A stretch of DNA of 64,000 nt from contig JBHGNT010000008.1 of the NCBI GenBank assembly GCA_043228905.1, forward strand, positions 19,840,001-19,904,000, read 5' to 3'. The DNA comes from Azolla caroliniana (taxonomy: Eukaryota; Plantae; Polypodiophyta). Positions 60,350 through 64,000 of this stretch are shown here, piece after piece. The position numbers were made by a program, and so were the translations under genes. Each line of letters opens with the position of its first letter. The stretch's first letter is position 1. A model generated the notes under the pieces. That model searched no databases, had not been told where the DNA came from, and saw only the letters and a list, made by a program, of their open reading frames with translations.

Positions 60350-63300
60350 ATTCTTCGGTTGTGTCGTTTACGGCGTGGAACGGGTTTGGTGGCACCGGTC
60401 CTAGGTAAGGTTTTAGTCGAAACCCATTCATCTTTTGTCATAACACATCCCCGGCCAGGGTGCCTAGTTGAAACATCTCGTTTTCCGCACCAACTATCAA
60501 GTTCGACCCCGTCCAGCGGAATCTTAATTTACCTGACATTTGCCCCATCCATGTTTGAAAGACTAGAACTGCTTTGCCGACCACAAAATCTTTTTCACGC
60601 GCAGTTCAATGCCGGTCCACGAATGCTTTATGCCGACATTGCTCTTGTTCCAGTATGGCCATGCTTCGTAATTGTGTCTCGCTTAGTTCGAGCAAATGTT
60701 GTAGTCGTATTTGTTTGGATTTGTCTTCTGATAGCCGGTTTCGTACCTGAATCCACAGACTGGGTACCTGAAATTCGACTAGCATTACGGCCTCCAGCCC
60801 AAATGCTAGCCAGAAAGGCGTGGATTGTATGGTAGTCTTATAGCTGGTTCGGTACGCCCGTAACGCGTTGTGTAATTTGGTATCCCAGTCTGTTCTGTTC
60901 TCTTTGACGACCTTTTTTAGTATGGTTTGTAACGTTTTGTTTGTGGACTTTGCTAAACCATTCGCCTAAGGATAATACGACGTGCTCTTCTTGTGGACAA
61001 TGACATACTATTGTGTCAGCTCCCGGATGACCAAATTCAGAAAGTGGCTTCTTTGGTCGATGATGAGCTCGATAGGGCAGCTAAAATGACACCACATGTG
61101 TTCATAAAGAATTTCCGTCGTCACTATCGTGGTATTTTCTCGTAGTTCCTTCGCTTCCACCCATTTGGTGCAATAATCAGTAGCCACGAGTATATATTTA
61201 TTGCCAGTCCAAGCTGTCGCCAGTGTAAAAGGCCCCACGAAATCAAGTCCCCATTTCTGGAATGGATCCAACGGCAACAATGGTTGATGTGGCATCCTTG
61301 CGACCTCCGTGGGTTGGCCCATCCCTTGACACAGGTCGCATTGTTTGAATATTCATATGCATCCTTTTGCGTAGTCGGCCACCATAGGCCGACTTGCCAG
61401 ACTTTACAAGTCGTGACATCACCCGCGTAGTGTCCTCCTTCCGTACCACAATGCGCTTCGCGTAAAACCGCTTCCTTCTCATTCTGGTGTATTCCGTATT
61501 GCCAGATTCCGTCGCTGCCTTTGTGATACAGGACCCCTTCGACCAAACAGAAGTTACGACTTTGGACGGCCAATCGTTTCTTTTCATTTGCCCTTAATTG
61601 CGATGGTGGTAATCATGTGGTCAGAAAGAATGTCATCTCCATTAACCAACGATTGGGAAAACATTTTCCCGTACGTGTCGCTATAGTTGCGATCCGTAGG
61701 ATGTTTGCATCAAGAAAGTCGTCATCATCCTTTCGCACCATTTCTCCATTATCTATCCTGCTTGAGAAATCCGCGACAGTGTGTTCCGTACCTGATCGAT
61801 GCTGTATAACAAAGTAGAACTCCTGGAGCAACAACATCCATCTAGCCAATTTTCCTATTAGCGCCTGCTTCCCCACCAGGTATAGGAGCGTCGTATGGTC
61901 CACGTGAAATGTAAACTTCCACCCCAGTAGATAATGTCGGAATTTATTGATGTTGTATATCATCCCCAACGCTTCTAGTTCCGTTGTGGAGTACTTACGC
62001 TCCGCCTTTGGTAGCTTCCTACTGGCGTAATATATTGGTCTGTACCAAGTCGGCTCCGTGAGCTGCATCAACGCACTACCTATTGCTATGTCCGAGTCGT
62101 CTACAAAAATGTTGTCGTGAAGATTCCGGGCAATAGTGAGAAACCGGGGAATATCGGAATAATCGGCAGAGTGCACCATGTGCACTTACCCTTGTAAAAA
62201 CCTGTGAATAATAGGAGTTGAGTCGGGACGAAGGATCCCATGTAATAAGGGATTTATCCCACATTGTTACGCATCCCTCTCCTTATTCTATAAAAGGAAG
62301 GGAGCGCCCTTTGTGAGGGGGGTGCCCATTTTGAGTTAGGAGGGTATACCATTAGGTTTACGGTTTGGGGGTTTTCTCTTAATCTTATTTTCTTAGGGTT
62401 TCATTTTGGTCTTGGTCTTCCTTGTCATATGGTTTGATTCCTTCTTCTTGGGTGGAGGTTTAGTATTCCGTTTAGTTTCTTCTTCTTCTTCATCTTCCCC
62501 TTCGTGTCTGTTTAGGGTTTTAGCCTAGTGAAGATCTTGTATGTTCTATGGGGGCTTACTTCTGCTCGGCCTCCTGTGCAAGACCCCGCTCGGCGCGACG
62601 AGCCCAAGAGCTCCCCGACGACGGCTTGGTGGCAGACTGCTGTTGTCACCTACCTTACCTCAGTCCGGCTCGGAGCCGGAGTTGTAACTCACTCTTGTAA
62701 TCATATATATAAAGGGTTGTGCATATTTGTTTTTCTGTTGGTGTCGGGTGCATTTCCTTCCCTGTGTTTCCTATATATAAGAGGCGTGTGTTGTGTCGGT
62801 GTTGCGCACGTGCTCTCTCTCTTTCTTCCTCTCTCGTGTTTGGTAGCCACTAGTACGCATCCGGAATCGCTCCGGTTCGTGCCATAACCAGTGTAGCCGG
62901 AACTGGAGAGAAGTTAGCTTCCGACACCCCCATCACTTCCTCGTCCGAGACCCCCGTGGTCCCGCCCCTTTTCTACACGTACCCGCGAAATACCGCGACA
63001 ACGTGAAATGATTTCCCCCAATCTAGTGGTTGTACAACTGGTCCTTGAGTCAACATTATTTTAAGCGCATCGTACGCCTTTTCTTCAGTTGTCGTCCAAT
63101 TGAACACTGTACGGTGGACGGCGGCATGTAACAACGTGGTGAAATCTGCCAGATATCGTAACATCCGACTATGCTAGCGTATTTGTCCTAGAAACCGATT
63201 GAGTGCTTTGGCCGTTGTTGGTGTTTTTGCTTGAATGATCGCGGAAACTTTATTAGGATCCACCACTATCCCCTCCTTGCTGACGATGTGGCCGAGGAGG

Positions 63301-63713
63301 GCTCTGCCTTTGATGCTAAACGCGTATTTGGCTGGATTCAGGTGTAAGTGTGCAGCCTGGCAATGCTCCAAACACAGTCGTAAATGACTCAGATGGTCCG
63401 CTGTTGTCCCATACACTGTGAAATCGTCCAAAATGACTCAGATGCATGCGTGCTTGATTGTATCCACTAAAGCCGTCTAAAAAATTGTACATGTCATGCC
63501 TTGCGACTGCGTTCAATACGCTGTTGGTGAAAGGTAAGGGGAACGCATCTGTAGTAGTTACAACGTTCAATTTCCGATAGTCTACGCAAATGTGGATTTT
63601 TCCATTTTTCTTTGGAACTATGACTATTGGGCTCCACGATGTAGCTTGCTTGACTGGTTGAATGAATCTAGCCTTGAGAAGTTTGTCAATTTCTTCTTTT
63701 ACGCGAGCCGCGT
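60350..63713 (-). pseudogene. RT-RNaseH-integrase fragments
   Basis: CVDYRKLN; FLDGFSGYNQ; MDDF; YYASRKL; REAHCG..GGHY; WGLDFVGP; interrupted at 62113-63000. Confidence 0.9.
62113..63000 (+). mobile_element. Solo LTR of the 4-bp-TSD gypsy family
   Basis: TGTCG..CGACA termini; flanks ATGT and ACGT; host frame rejoins as FHV-FVD; ccc.cgtggtcccgcc motif shared with ~14868-14884. Confidence 0.85.
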
Positions 63714-64000
63714 TGTCGTGAAGAAAACCAGCCCTAAGAGGAATCAAGGAATTAAAGGCGTGAACCCGCTCTTGCATGAGTGTGCGCGAATTGATACATT
63801 GTACATAATTAGAAATAGGACGGCTGATGTAAATATACTAGGTATAACATATTTATTAGCTAGGAAATCGAGGCGTATCTCTGTTTGAAGGGACAGAGAA
63901 TAAAGTTGATATGTTTTGATGTAACAGCCTCCTCGGCGACCTATAAAGGGGAGGGGAGAAGAAAAAGAAGGTATCGCGTTTTGGCGAGGAGGAGGTGTTG
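63714..64000 (+). mobile_element. Start of another LTR of the 4-bp-TSD family (cut by window edge)
   Basis: tgtcgtgaagaaaacc.gcc matches 13342 onward, including the cctataaa region; left flank GCGT; interrupts RT. Confidence 0.8.

Larger units (their letters stand above)
56778..63713 (-). mobile_element. Decayed extra-ORF gypsy element (same family as 10872-17695), continuing beyond nested LTR and window edge
   Basis: 3' LTR 56778-57246; tRNA-like module 57249-57289; ORF2 59979-57295; INT/RH/RT fragments 60350-63713. Confidence 0.92.

Overview
Eukaryotic, transposon-dense land-plant DNA. TTTAGGG repeats and plant-type tRNA primer sites point to a land plant; the element lineages suggest a non-seed plant (inference). 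No intact host gene was recognised. The window is a nest of LTR retrotransposons: two near-complete Ty1/copia elements (25137-30338; 36008-41926), a chromovirus (30522-42985) and four members of a non-chromovirus Ty3/gypsy group (Phygy/Selgy-like, no aRH) with a large extra 3' ORF. One of those four is very young (44057-54297, identical LTRs). A further gypsy family makes 4-bp RCGT target duplications. These sit on a background of intron-containing Sola2-like DNA transposase fragments, TAGCTA palindromic satellite introns, a RING + FCP1-like pseudogene and LINE remnants. Top finding: all four extra-ORF gypsy copies lack a polypurine tract. In its place is a sense copy of the 3' half of a tRNA-Arg(UCU)-like sequence (T-arm with an inserted hairpin, ending in CCA) exactly 2 nt before the 3' LTR. 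This is a second primer-binding site on the minus strand and suggests tRNA-primed or tRNA-mimic-primed plus-strand synthesis. Second finding: an intron-containing, bacterial-type beta-class N6/N4 DNA methyltransferase pseudogene (7658-8890) next to a Sola2-like transposase exon. Family assignments rest on motif recognition by eye; no database search was run.
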